This document shows, one piece after another, positions 11,801 to 25,141 of a stretch of 64,000 bases of DNA. The notes below the pieces were generated by a model that saw only the letters and a list, made by a program, of their open reading frames with translations, did no database searches and was not told where the DNA came from. Both the position numbers and the translations under genes were made by a program. Source of the DNA: Chiloscyllium plagiosum (Eukaryota). Location: the NCBI RefSeq assembly GCF_004010195.1, contig NC_057720.1, forward strand, positions 34,574,229-34,638,228, written 5' to 3'. Numbering within the stretch: the stretch's first letter is position 1; each line of letters starts with the position of its first letter.

Positions 11801-12930
11801 GGAAGTGCTGGATGGTGGGAAACTGGAAGTATGGGAGCAGTCTTCCAAGGAGGATGAGGAAATTGGACAGGAGGACCCTCTCCCAGTGTGTGGCAGAACC
11901 CAGCTACATTAAGTGCTATAAGCCAGAGAGAATGTGATTAACATCATGTTCCAGTCAATGAGAGCTGGGTGCAGCAGAAAATACTGGAATGAGAAACAGT
12001 TGTTGGTCACTACACAAGCACTTTGTTTTCAGGGGTTGAGTTGCAGCCTCTGTTTAATTTGTTTCTGTTTCTCTTTGTTGGTGGTAAATGAAAGATAATC
12101 TGTGGCAATATTTGAATGCTTCTTTGTATGTCCTGGCCTACCACTGAAAAAGATGAATACTGAGGACTATATAGTGATCTGTTAGAGAAGGCAGTAGAAT
12201 GAGATGTGGTGAAGGACAGGTAAGCTGTGTGGTCTTGTACTTAAACAGCAACTGGTCCGTGAAATTGGAGCCATACAAAAGATGATGTCAGCCATGTCAT
12301 CTCAGTGTCATAAGTTGCATGTATTTGGCTTTTATGCCAATATGTTGATGTTTGAGGGCAACTCTTGAATGATAATATTTCACCAGGATTCCAAGAAAGC
12401 ACGGATGTTGGTTTATTGCGAGATATTCATGCATTGGTGAGCTCTTCCAGCTACGATGAGCTGGAAATGGGCCAGCGTTGGACGAGAGAGACAACATGGG
12501 GAGGAATAGGTACTTAACAAGGCAAGTTTGGGATGATAGTGAACGAACATGCTATACCTCACAGAGTTAATCCTCCAAGGAACTCGATGAAGTTGACACT
12601 TGACAAAAAAATAATATGCCCTAAGTCTTGTTCTGCTCTTTCTTCAAATCAGAGACATAGGATTTCATTTTTGTGCATGAAAAGAGCCTTATCTTGCTCC
12701 TGTCCTGCCGTTCAAAACAATTCCCTCAAGACGTCTTTGGTTGCCTTGAAGATCTGGTGAACTTTTGATATATAATTTTACACTTCATCATTTGTAATAA
12801 TTTATTTTCTTTTTTTATCTTCCTGTTATTAATTGAAATGTTTACATTTTCTATCAATGAAACAAAAATGAAATAAGTAGAGGCATTTTGTTTGCTTCAA
12901 AATTAAAGGTGCTTTATTTGAAAAGTAATG

Positions 12931-13242
12931 TGGGCGGCACGGTGGCACAGTGGTTAGCACTGCTGCCTCACAGTGCCAGAGACCCGGGTTCAATTCCCGC
13001 CTCAGGCGACTGACTGTGTGGAGTTAGCACATTCTCCCCGTGTCTGCGTGGGTTTCCTCCGGGTGCTCCGGTTTCCTCCCACAGTCACAAAGATGTTCAG
13101 GTCAGGTGAATTGACCATGCTAAATTGCCTGTAGTGTTAGGTAAGGGGTAAATGTAGGTTATGGGTGGATTGCGCTTCGGCGGGGCGGTGTGGACTTGGT
13201 GGGCCGAAGGGCCTGTTTCCACACTGTAAGTAATCTAATCTA
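12931..13242 (+). mobile_element. HE1-type SINE, near full length and young
   Basis: Intact CpG-rich head with A/B boxes (ggttcaattcc); tail taatctaatctaa. Confidence 0.95.
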
Positions 13243-14258
13243 ACCAAAACTTAGAACAGTGATAAAGTCCGGTGTGAAATTATTTTGAAGATTCTAATAA
13301 CCAAAGTGACAATGGGGAGAGGGGAATGAGTAAGTCAACACTCAGCAGCATGGCTCCAAGGACCTGACTGCGATGCAGCAAAAACAAATTAAGTGCCATA
13401 TGTCCAAAAATGCCTTTATAGAATAAAAAGTATTGGAATAAATATATGGGGACATTGTTGTATTCGGTTTGCTCTGCCCCTCAGCTGGATTGTGAAAACA
13501 GAAACATTGTCCACCTTACCGTTAGAGCAGAGCCTAAGGGTTTTCCATGCTGAGAGTTCACCTTTCTTCAGCCAGGAAGTGGCCAGCACATTCCTGAGGG
13601 CCAAACTATAACACAGTTGGATGGATACAAGTGGACACCACTAAGCTTCCATAGAGGAGCAAATTTAAAACTTGGTTCTACACCCCTCACAGAGGAGATT
13701 GACTATCGAGACACTGACACCTACTGGCTCCATGGTACTTGAAGGATCAATGGGGACAATCCTATCAGAGGTGTTTGTTACGAGGTCCTCAGATTTTCAT
13801 GGCCTCTGTCTACTTCTCACCTTATTATATTTTCAGAACCAAAACAACATTTAGTCACTACTTTCCTTCTTTTTGTTACACACCCAACCTTTCTGTTTCA
13901 AAAGACTGTTTAGCATCTTCTAACATAAATTTTACTTAGATAAAGCTTTTAAATTCAGTCTTCTAGCATTTGCCTTCCAGTCAGAATTGAATTAAAGAAA
14001 AAGATTTGAACAGGTTGGCTGATGGAGTGGAATAGATGCATCCTGGGAAATTAGATACACAACAAAGACTTCGATTACATGTTATGTATTCAGCTGGGTT
14101 GCGTTTTGTATTTTGTATGCATTGGGTGAGCAGAGTACAAGGTTCACTAAAGTCAGTGATTGGTCTGGCTAGTTGTCTCATTGGGTTACATTTGCATGTA
14201 AGAGGTGAGTTTACATAAGCTGCCCAATGTTTGTGGAAGCAGGAAGTTACAGGGTGCA

Positions 14259-14457
14259 CAGGTCGTTTTGCTGTAACGTGCGTTTTGTCAGTGCGAACTG
14301 GCTATAACGCGATTGACGAATTGCGGATGTTGTTTAGATAACACGAACTTTCTACTGAATGGGCATAATAATTTTCTATTAGCGATCTTCTATTAGCGGT
14401 TTCTAAAGCACAAGGTTGCAGAGGAACACAGCTGTTGAATTAAAGTAGAACGACCCG
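14259..14457. mobile_element. Tc1/mariner (pogo/Tigger-like) MITE
   Basis: TIRs caggtcgttttgct / agtagaacgacccg, flanked by ca and ta (decayed TA TSD). Confidence 0.75.
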
Positions 14458-15197
14458 TATTTTCATGTAAAGACAGCTACAGCTTCAAAGAGGAAGTGCA
14501 ATTTTTAAAGGTGGTTAGTGGAGAGCGCATTATTGAGAGAGTATGTAGCATGATGTTATCCAGAAAGCTCTGATGCTTTGAAAACATTTTTAAGATGCAC
14601 ATAGAACAAGTAAGAAACAGATAAGAGGTCCTCTTTTTTCTGATGGGAGACCAAGTGCCCTCTATAATCTCAGTAGCAGTAGAGAAAAGTGGATGAGTAA
14701 TTCAAACAACCAGTAAATTCCTGGCTGTCATGTAAGAGGACATTTTAAGGAGCATGGACCCAGAAAAGTCAAGACATGATTTTGCTTCAGATCTCTTTAG
14801 TGTTGTCCAGCACAGACATCAATCCTTCAGCCTTCCATATCTTTGTCGAGCCTTGAAACATACATAAATTCCCACACTAACAATCTTCCGCTATCTGCCT
14901 TCCTTTCTCTAATTGTAATTAATCACCTCATTACATCACTTTTTCCTTGTACTAAAACACTCAACACCTTCATCTATTGTTTCTTCTTCTGCTCCATAGG
15001 ATGAATGCAAGACTAGTCTAGCTGCGATATCCATCAAACCAGCAGTGAACAGACTAACTCACTTCTACCCTGCTAACAGGAGAGTTTCTGGTGTGACTGC
15101 AGAAAGAAGACAAGAACAGGAGGCAGTCTTGCATTTGCAAATTTTGTTCCCAAAGGAAGATTCTGCCACTGAAATCATTAGCAGTTTTAAGATAAAG

Positions 15198-15290
15198 CTG
15201 GATGTAGGTTTGTTCGCTGAGCTGGAAGGTTCATTTCTCAACATTTCGCCGCCATACCAGGTAACGTCATCAGTGAGCCTCTGGATCACT
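15198..15290 (-). mobile_element. Penelope family C terminal fragment with hammerhead core
   Basis: rc ctca-CTGATGA-cgttacc-tggtat-ggcggc-GAAA-tgttgag; same family as 44477-45502. Confidence 0.75.
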
Positions 15291-15842
15291 GTCTTCAATA
15301 TATTCAATGATGGAGTATCCGCCCTGAGGCAGTGGATTCAAACTTTGCAGCTCTCCAAGTGAAGACATTTCTCATCTCAGTCCTAACGAACAGCCCCTTA
15401 CCCTGAGGGGCCAGCCAAGGAAAATAATTCCACTTTTCTGTCTGATGGCTCTCTTCTGAATTGTCTGTTTTTTTGTCTCGATAGCCTGCTCTCTGGCTCC
15501 TAGTGCTCCATTTCCTGATCAGTAACCCAACCTCCTCCCCACCCCTCACCTTCATTACTTGCCTTAGGACCAATGCTGAGGTGCTGGTGAATCGATCCTC
15601 CTCACTGGAAAACTATCGCTTGCCATTTGTAGATCGCTGGTTGGAAAGAAAGAAGGCCTGGGGTCTAAAACTGAGTGTGCCTTGCATAGCTCTAAACTGC
15701 AAACAATAGTCAAATGTGGCTACATATTTGACACATTTATTTCTTTTACATTAATATCATTCATGGCCATCTTGATTTGGTCAACAATACTTCATTGTTA
15801 GTTGTTTCAACTAAGTTGTTACACTGTCTAAAGAGATCAAAT

Positions 15843-16165
15843 GGGACGGCACAGTGGCTTAGTGGTTAGCACTGCTGCCTCACAGAGCCAGGCACCTGGG
15901 TTTGATTCCAGCCTCGGGTGACTGTCTGTGTGGAGTTTGTACAGTCTCCCTGTGTCTGCGTGGATTTCTTCCCATAGTCCAAGAATGTGCAGGTTAGGTG
16001 AATTGGCCATGTTAAATTGCCCATAGTGTTCAGGGATGTTTAGGTTAGGTGCATTGGTCTTGGGTAAATATAGGGTAGGTGAATGGGTCTGGGTGGGTTA
16101 CTCTTCGGAGGGTTGGTGTGGACTGGTTGGGCCGAAGGGCCTGTTTCCACAGTGTAGGGATTCTA
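15843..16165 (+). mobile_element. HE1-type SINE
   Basis: Same head, core and tail as 12931-13242. Confidence 0.93.
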
Positions 16166-16359
16166 TATAGAAAAAAAAGCAGCTAGCATAATTGTGTGGG
16201 ACTACATCCATGTATGGCAGTTTAAGATCACTGTTATTTTTATGATACTGAATTCCTTATAAGCACAAGTTGCTTCAATTGGGAAATCATTATTTTTCCT
16301 GATGGAAGATAATTTCCTAGCACCAGAGCCTGCTTTAATTATTCCATCATAACTCAGAG

Positions 16360-16700
16360 ATAACACTTATTTTTGAGTCACGAGGTTTTAAGTTCAGACG
16401 CCACGCCAGCCTACACTCTCAAAAGTGATTTTTTTTAAAAATGATGCATCAATATGAGGCCAATAAAAGATTTCAATGTATTTTTTCACAAAAGAGCGAT
16501 GGAGTTCTCTAGATTATGACTCAATGCACCTCATTAAAATAGATTATTTGATCTTTATCTCATTGCTGATTGTGGAATCTTGCTTTGTGTGAGTTGGCTG
16601 CTGCTCTCTGACATTGCAACATTGATTACATTTGAAAGTTTACACCGCTGTACTGTGAGATGTGCTGAGATTAAGAAAGGCGCGATATAAATACTAGTCT
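16360..16700 (+). mobile_element. Old DeuSINE-type (SacSINE1/AmnSINE-like) SINE
   Basis: Deu-domain-like agattatttgatctttatctcattgctgattgtggaatcttgctttgtgtgagttggctgc and tail gaaaggcgcgatataaatactagtct. Confidence 0.7.
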
Positions 16701-17107
16701 CCACTTAAACTTTATCCGTGTTAAACTACTTTCAGGAAAAAAAAGTGTTTGCACTCGATGAATAAAAATTCAGACCAAGATGGCATAGGGCTGCGATATC
16801 TTACAACATGAACAGTATGAGATATATTTTATGGATCAATTACAGAGTTTAGTATTTCAGAACATATGACATATGACATTTAAGACCATCTACAAAAAAA
16901 GATAACTTCTAAAAGCAGTTAGTCTCATTAAAATAGTCTTTCATGGATTATCCCAGGTTGGTACTCCTACTAAAAGTGTGACATTTATTAGGGTCGCTTT
17001 TCCTTGGTTGTCTTTACTATTATTCAATTTGAATGAACTTTATATTATTGTAAAGCTTGATCTGTTACATTGAGTCCCCTCATCAAAGTCATGAGAATTG
17101 GGTGAAG

Positions 17108-17421
17108 TAGAGGTGGGGAGGCCCCTGAGGTACTCCTCTGATGGATGAATGCAGCTAAACACCTGAGGTCCCAGTACTGATGCTTCCAATAACCATGACG
17201 GTTACAGACTATTCAAGAAGATGCCAAAGTTATGAGTAATAAAGTAACGTGAATTGATTTTAGTTAATGGACAGAAAAAGTGGAGAAATAAATCGGTCAT
17301 TTTTGGATTGGCAGTCATGGTTATTGGAAGCATCAATACTGGGGCCTCAGCTGTTCAGAATCTCCACTGTTTAGCTGTATTTGTCTGTCAGAGGAATACC
17401 CCAGGGGACTCCCCACCTCTA
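17108..17421. repeat. Imperfect fold-back inverted repeat, partly CR1-derived
   Basis: Arms 17108-17199 and 17314-17421 are reverse complements apart from substitutions and one indel of about 16 nt. Confidence 0.85.
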
Positions 17422-17450
17422 AAAGCTCTATATTCCTTGGTTCCTTTTTA

Positions 17451-20400
17451 TAGAACATAGAATATTACAGCACGTACAGGCCCTTTGGCCCTCGATGCTG
17501 CGCTGACATGTGGAACCACTCTGAAGCCCATCTATCCTACACTATTCATTTTCATCCATATGTTTATCCAATGACCATTAAATGCCCTTAAAGTTGGCGA
17601 GTCTACTACTGTTACAGGCAGTGCGTTTCACACCCCTACTACTCTCTGAGTAAAGAAACTACCTCTGATATCTGTCCTATATCTATCACCCCTCAATTTA
17701 AAGCGATATCCTTTTGTGCTAGCCACCACTATCTGAGGAAAAAGCCTCTCACTGTCCACCTATCTAACCCCCTGATTATCTGATATGTCTCAATTATGTC
17801 AACTCTCAACCTTCTTTTCTCTAATGATAACAGCCTCAAGTCCCTCAGCTTTTCCTCATAAGACCTTCCCTCCATACCAAGCAACATCCTAGTAAATCTC
17901 CTCTGAACCCTTTCCAAAGCTTCTACATCCCTCCTATAATCTGGTGACCAGAATTGTATGGGATATTCTAAGTGCAGCCACACCAGAGTTTTATACAGCT
18001 GCAGCATGACCTCATGGTTCTGAAACTCAATCCCTCTCCCAATAAAAGCTAAAACACACTGTATGCCTTCTGAACAACCCTTTCAACCTAGGTGGCAACT
18101 TTCAGGGATCTATGTACATGAACACTGAGGATCTCTCAGCTCATCTACACTACCAAGAATCGTACCATTAGTGCAATACTCTTTATTCCTGTTGCTCCTT
18201 CCAAAGTGAATCACCTGACACTTTCCTGCATTAAACCCCATTTGCCACTTTTCAGCACAGCTCTGCAGCTTATCTATGTCCCCCTGTAACCTGCAACATT
18301 CTTCAGCACTATCCAGAACTCCAGCAAGCTTAGTGTCATCTGCAAATTTATTAACCCATCCTTTTACTTGCTGATCTCGGTCATTTATAAAAATGACACA
18401 CAGCAGTGGCCCCAAAATGGATCCTTGCAGTACACCACTAGTAACTGAGCTCCAAAATGAACATTTCCCATCAACCACCACCTAGCCAATTTCTGATCCA
18501 ACCTGCTAAATCACCCTCAATCCCATACCTCTGTATTTTGTGCAATAGCCTATAATGGGGAACCTTAACAAATGTCTTACTGAAATCCATATACATCACA
18601 TCAACCGCTTAACCCTCATCCACCTGTTTAGTCACTATCTCAAAGAACTCTATAAAGTTTGTGAGGCATGACCTACTCTTCACAAAACCGTGTTGACTAT
18701 CCCTAATCAACTTATTCCTCTCTAGATGATTATAAATCCCATCTCTTATAACCTTTTCTAACACTTCACCCACAACAGAAGTATGGCTCACTGGTCTATA
18801 ATTACCAGCATTGTGTCTACTCCCCTTCTTGAACAAGGGACCAACATTTGTTATTCTCCACTTTACTGGCACAATTTCTGTAGACAATGATGACATAGAG
18901 ATCAAAGCCAAAGGTTTGGCAATCTCCTCCCTGGCTTCCCAGAGAATCCTAGGATAAATCCCATCTGGCTCAGGGGACTTATCTATTTTAATACTTTCCA
19001 GAATTGCTAACACCTCCTCCTTGTGAACCTTGTCTAGTCTAGTAGCCTGTATCTCAGTATTCTCCTTGACAACATTGTCTTTTTCCAGTATGAATACTAA
19101 CGAAAAATATTCATTTAGTGCTTCCACTACATCCTCGGATTCCGCGCACAACTTCCCACTACTATCCTTGATGGTCCTAATCTTTCGTCATTCTTTGATT
19201 TCTGATATACCTATAGAAAGATTTGGGGTTTCCCTTGATTCTATCTGCCAATGACTTCTCATGTTCCCTCATGGCTCTTCTTAGCTCTCTCTTTTGGTAT
19301 TTCCTGGCTAACTTGTAACTCTCAAGCACACTAACTGAGGCTTCACATCTCATCCTAACATAAGCCTTCTTCTTCCTCTTGACAAGAGATTCAACTTCTT
19401 TAGTAAGCCACAGCTCCCTTGCTCAACCACTTCCTCCCTGCCCAATAGGTGCATACTTATCAATGACACACAGTAGCTCTTCCTTAAATAAGCTCCACAT
19501 CTCAATTGTGCCCATCCCTTACAGTTTCCTTCCCCATTCCATGCATCCTAAATCTTGCCTAATCGCATCATAATTGCCTTTCCCCCAGCAATAACTCTTG
19601 CCCTGTTGTGTACCTATCCATTTAGAATCATAGAGTCATAGACATGTACAGCATGGAAACAGACCCTTGGGTCCAACCCATCCATGCCGACCAGATACCC
19701 AACCCAATCTAGTCCCACCGGCCAGCACCTGGCCTATATCCCTCCAAACCCTTCCTATTTATTTACCATCCAAATGCCTCTTAAATGTTGCAATTGTACT
19801 AGCCTCCACCACATCCTCTGGCAGCTCATTCCATACATGTACCACCCTCTGTGTGAAAAGGTTGCCCCTTAGGTCTCTTTTATATCTTTCCCCTCTCACC
19901 CTAAATATATGCCCTCCAGTTCTGGACTCCCCGACCCCAGGGAAAAGACTTTGTTTATTTATTCTATCCAGGCCCCTCATAATTTTGTAAACCTCTATAA
20001 GGTCACCCCTTAGCCTCCGACGCTCCAGGGAAAACAGCCCCAGCCTGTTCAGCCTCTCCCTGTAGCTCAGATCCTCCAACCCTGGCAACATCCTTGTAAA
20101 TCTTTTCTGAACCCTTTCAAGTTTCTATCTGAAACTCCACTTTAAAGGAGCTATGAACCTGCACTCCAAGGTCTCTTTGTTCAGCAACACTCCCTAGTAC
20201 CTTACCATTAAATGTATAAGTCCTGCTAAGATTTGCTTTCCCAAAATGCAGCACCTCACATTAATCTGAATTAAACTCCATCTGCCACTTCTCAGCCCAT
20301 TGGCTCATCTGGTCCAGATTCTGTTGTAATCTGAGTTAACCCTCTTCGCTGTCCACTACACCACCAGTTTTGGTGTCATCTGCAAACTTATTAACTGTAC

Positions 20401-21480
20401 CTCTTATGCTTGCATCCAAATCATTTATGTAAATGACAAAAAGTAGAGGGCCCAGCACCGATCCTTGTGCAGACCACTGGTCACATGCCTCCAGTCTGAA
20501 AAACAACCCTCCACCACCACCCTCTGTCTTCTACCTTTGAGCCAGTTCTGTATCCAAATGGCTAGTCCTCCCTGTATTCCATGAGATCTAACCTTGCTAA
20601 TCAGTCTCCCATGGGGAAGCTTGTCAAATGCCTAACTAAAGTCCATATAGATCACATCTACTGCTCTGCCTCATCAATCTTCTTTGTTACTTCTTCAAAA
20701 AACTCAATCAAGTTTGTGAGACATGATTTCCCATGCACAAAGCCAGAGTACCAGAGTAGAAAAATGTCATGCTGGAAAAACACAGCAGGCCAGGCAGCAT
20801 CCGAGGAGCAGGGGAATTTTCAAATACATGTACATCCTGTCCCTCAGGATTCCCTCCAACAACTTGCCCACCACCGAGGTCAGGCTCACCGGTCTATAGT
20901 TCCCTGGCTTGTCTTTACCACCCTTCTTAAACAGTGGCACCACGTTTGCCAACCTCCAGTCTTCCGGCACCTCACCTGTGACTATCGATGATTTCCATTG
21001 CTTAGAGTAAACATAACCAAATTGTGGTCACTATCAACAAAGTGCTCACCTAACTCCAAGTCTAACACCTGACCAGGTTCATTACCCAGTAGCAAATCCA
21101 ATGTGGCCTCACCCCTTGTTGGTTGTCTACATACTGTGTCTGGAAACCCTCCTGCACACATTGGACAAAAACTGACCCATCAAACTATTTGAACTATAGT
21201 ATTTCCAGTCAATATTTTGAAAGTTAAAGCCCCCATAACAACTATTCTGTAACTCTCCTTCCCTTCTAGAATTACCTTTGCTATTCTTTCCTCTACATCT
21301 CTGGGACTATTCGGAGTCCTATAGAAAACTCCCAACAGGGTGAGCTCTCCTTTCCTGTTTCTAACCTCAGCCTATACTACCTCAGTAGACGAGTCCTCAA
21401 ACGTCCTTTCTGCAACTGTAATACTGTCCTTGACTCACAATGTCACACCTCCTCCTCTTTTACCATCTCTTGTGTTCTTA
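17451..21480 (-). mobile_element. Long CR1 LINE (ORF2 EN + RT, degraded), split by a nested CR1
   Basis: GNYRPVSHTS, QHGFVKSRSCLTN, SGVLQGSILGPLL, KFADDTK; endonuclease-region sequence resumes at about 20992. Confidence 0.95.
19624..20990 (-). mobile_element. Nested CR1 LINE (second subfamily) with a Penelope family A fragment at about 20748-20817
   Basis: Own 3' tail (agaatcatagagtcatag); PEDWRLANVVPLFKKG; attt duplicated at both ends. Confidence 0.92.
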
Positions 21481-21881
21481 CTTATCTACCCCCGCTAGTT
21501 ACAATCTCAAAAACAAAATTTCAAAAACAATTCTCCATTCAAAAATCAGTATTGTCTTTGCTTAATAATTTTCTCTTTTCTACATACTCTCCCACTGCAT
21601 TTCTGATAGTTAGTTCTACCATTGTCCCTATGATTGATCCAAGGCCAATGACCCTTCATTTCCCTATCCATCCTTTCTTGAATTCTGAGGTTGTGTTGGC
21701 TACCTTTCAATTCGTGAGGACAGTTCTAAAATCTAGAGAGTTCTGCTTCTCTAGTTGTTTCTTTTAAAGCACTAGACATAGTCCATCAGGTCCAGAGCAT
21801 TTGTTGCCTTTTAGTTCTATTAATTTATCTAGAAGTATTTTTTCTAATTTTATTTTATTTCTCTTTCACATCATAACATTG

Positions 21882-22025
21882 ATTCCTGAAGAATGATTCC
21901 TGAAGAAGGGCTTATGCCCAAAACGTCGATTCTCCTTCTCCTTTGATGCTGCCTGACCTGCTGCGTTTTTGCAGCAACACATTTTTAAGCTCTGATCCCC
22001 AGCATCTGCAGTCCTCACTTTCTCC
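21882..22025 (+). mobile_element. Penelope family A mini-copy starting at the hammerhead
   Basis: tgattcctgaagaa tandemly duplicated at the 5' end; core GAAA decayed to AAAA; ends cactttctcc. Confidence 0.85.
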
Positions 22026-23739
22026 TTATTACTCTGGAGACCTAGGTGATGTTCTGAGGACCCAGGTTCAAATTCCACAAAAGCAGATGGTGGACATGGA
22101 ATTCAATAAAAAATGTGGCCAATATGTGACTGCATGAAATAAAATGAATTTAAAAAATGGTATCTTGTGATGTTAGATTTGAATTTATCTTAGAAAGTTC
22201 ACTCCTCATACTGTCATAATTACTTTTCATCAGATAAAAGACCTTACTTTCAGATATTTCTAAATTACTTTCAAACTCGAAATAAAATTTCATCATGTAA
22301 TGATGATTCTTCATGAGAAACTCCTTTACTGCAAGGTTATAAATTAACCTTTTTTCATTGCACAGTGTCCTTAGTTATCTTCTCAACTTGCTGAACAAAA
22401 TAATTATCATGTGTACATCCATTTACTTGTTCACTATGCTACTATTGTAAAAGCAAAATACTGCTGTTGGTAGAAACCTGAAATAAAAATAAAAAATGCT
22501 TGAGGTAAGCAGGCTGCTAGAATCTGCAGACTGATGATTCTTGGTGCAAATTTGGTTTTCCAAGTCATGTGAAATGGAAAGCCCTCCATGATTACAGTTG
22601 TTGTATACACCTCTAACTATTTGATTTAAACCATATTTGGCAATAAAATTATTATTAGCAGGCCTGTAACCTGTGTCCATCAAAGTTTTCTGCCCTTTGC
22701 TGTTTTTTAACCACCCCAAATAATTTAGCCTCATGATACTTATAAGCTAAAATACTTTCCCTCCAAGTATTGATCTCATCCTTTATTATCAGGACTACCC
22801 CTACCATAGCATTCTATACTGCCAATTTCTACTATAAGTAAAGCACTCTGGAATATCTAGGTCCAAATTTAATCACTTTGTAACCACATCTCTGTAATGA
22901 TTATTCGATCAAACCCATTCACTTCTATTTGTGTTATTGATTTGTAAATTTTATTGTGAGTACTTTGTGCCTTTAGCTTTGACTTTTTCTATTTTTCTCA
23001 GATGTCAATTTAGTTATTGATGTCCTATTATCACTTTCTAATACAGTCTGTTTGTTTTTACCCAAATTGTCACTCTGCTGTACAACCGTCTTGTTTACTG
23101 CTTTTGAAATTACACTTTTCTGAATCCCTCCTTGTACACCAGCCTCCAGGCACCCTTCATCAGCCTAAAGCCCTGCCTACCAGTCTTATTTTCAATTCAC
23201 TAGGTCATAGTCCACCTTAACTGGAGTCCACCCCATCAGAACAGATCCTATCTATCTCCACCTAACACTGGTGCTAGTCTCCCATTGATCAAATGCTTGC
23301 CTTTCACACCATTCCTCGATCCACACCTTTAACCTTCTAATCTGCTTGTTCCTTTGCCAAATGCATGCAACAATCTGGATATTATTACCATTTAGGTTCT
23401 GCTTTTGAAGTTTGATCCGAGTTACGCAAACTTTCCAAGTGTCAATTATCATTCTCACCAAAATGTGTGATTACTTCCTGGATTAAAATGCCCAGGTTTT
23501 TAATAGAAAATACAGGGTAGTGAAGATAAACTACTTCTACTTGTTGGGCATTCTGAACTAGGCAGCATAGTCTGAGAATTAAGGTTAGACTGTTCAGGAG
23601 AGATGGTAGGATGCACTTCTACACACAAAGAGTAGTAGATGTTTGGAACTTTCTTCCAAAAACGTTAGTGGATGGAGGATCAGGTGTTAATTTTAAACCT
23701 GAGAGATAATGTTTTGTTAAGCAAAGATATTAAGGGATA

Positions 23740-24062
23740 GAATCCCCACAGTGTGGAAACAGGCCATTTGGCCCAATAAGTCCACACAGACTCTCCACAG
23801 AATAACGAACCTAGATACATTCCCCTACCCTATTGCTCTACATTTCGCCGTGACTAATCCACCTAACCGACACATCCCTGAACAATATTAGCAAATTAGC
23901 ATGGCCAATTCACCTAACCTGTACATCTTTAGACTATGAGAGGAAGCCAGAACACCCGGGGAGAATGTGCAAGCTCCACAGACAGTTGCACAAGGTTGGA
24001 ATCGACCTGGTTCCTGGTGCTGTAAGGTAGCAGTGCTAACCACTGAGCCACCATATTGCCCA
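23740..24062 (-). mobile_element. HE1-type SINE inserted in a plus-strand CR1 3' fragment (about 23500-24150)
   Basis: SINE head and tail present; CR1 tail sequence continues on both sides, with ggata at both junctions. Confidence 0.88.
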
Positions 24063-24890
24063 TATGGATATAAGTCAAAGGCAAGTATATGGTGTTAGGT
24101 CACGTATCAGCCATGGAATAGATTGGAGGGGTTGAATGGCCTACTCCTTTAATCTGACCAGTAGCAGGGTCAATTTACTCATTCAGTTGGAGTTTTTGCT
24201 CTCATCCAGACATGCAGCAAAAACCCGGTGCCTGTTAGAGATTCTTCGCGTACTCCATCTGGAATCGCATTATCTTCCTGATTTCCAGTCACATCCTCCT
24301 GTCTTTAAGCACTAACCAAGCGTGCACAACATCCTAAGTTAAAATGTGTGACTACTTCCTGAATCAAAATGCCCAGGTTATGCTCCTTTTACCTGAAGTC
24401 CTGCAATGTGCGCAACTCAGACTCCAGCTCAGCAACTCTCAGCTGAAGGTCTTTGAGAGCCAAGCATTTCCTGCAGCTTTCGCACTAGGATTGCAACACT
24501 CTCCATAAATTCCTGCATGCTGCAGTTACACTGCTGTAAAAATGTATTTATTTATTTAGTTAGTTAGTTCATCTCTGCATTTTCATAAATTTAGCTATAG
24601 TGATCATTTGTTTACTATTTAATCCTGTCTAAGTTGTAAGTGGCTTAAATTACCTCTAACTCTGACTAATTACCTCTAAGATAACCAGAACAGAAGTTGG
24701 AAGGAAAACAACACTTCCTTCACCACACTAACCCCAACAACCAATTTCCATGTAGTTCAAATTCTCAACATTTACATTCTGTGAAGTGGTCTGGTGTTTA
24801 AACCACTGTATCAAGATCTGTGCATCCATTAGATCATCCCTTAAACTTCCATACACAAAGGAATACAAGTTTGGTCATTGCAACTGTGCC

Positions 24891-25073
24891 TCATAATTTA
24901 CTCATTTTAGCATTAATTATCATTCTCATCAGAATATATATTTGAAAATGTCATAATTTACTTGTTTTAGCACTAATTATCATTCTCATCAGAATATATA
25001 TTTGAAAATGTCATAATTTACTTGTTTTAGCGTTAATTATCATTCTTATCAAAATGTATATTTGAAAATGTCA
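24891..25073. repeat. Tandem repeat, 60-bp unit x3
   Basis: tcataatttacttgttttagcactaattatcattctcatcagaatatatatttgaaaatg at 24891, 24951 and 25011. Confidence 0.95.
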
Positions 25074-25141
25074 GGAGCTTTTGTCGGAATGCAAGGTAAA
25101 GTGGCCATGGTCTTACCAGACTATAGGGTTCCTCTTTCATT

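Larger units (their letters stand above)
21550..24540 (-). mobile_element. Old fragmented CR1 including ORF1 remnants, with younger insertions
   Basis: RNKQIRRLKVWIEEWC (CR1 ORF1 esterase-like) at 23252-23461; Cys-rich ORF1 N-terminus near 24470-24535; decayed ORF2 toward 21550. Confidence 0.6.

Noticed and set aside
12931..13005. tRNA gene-like sequence
   Set aside because: It is the head of an HE1-type SINE, continuous with the SINE core and tail.
24891..25073. Possible CRISPR-like array
   Set aside because: Units are contiguous with no unique spacers; eukaryotic context with no cas genes.
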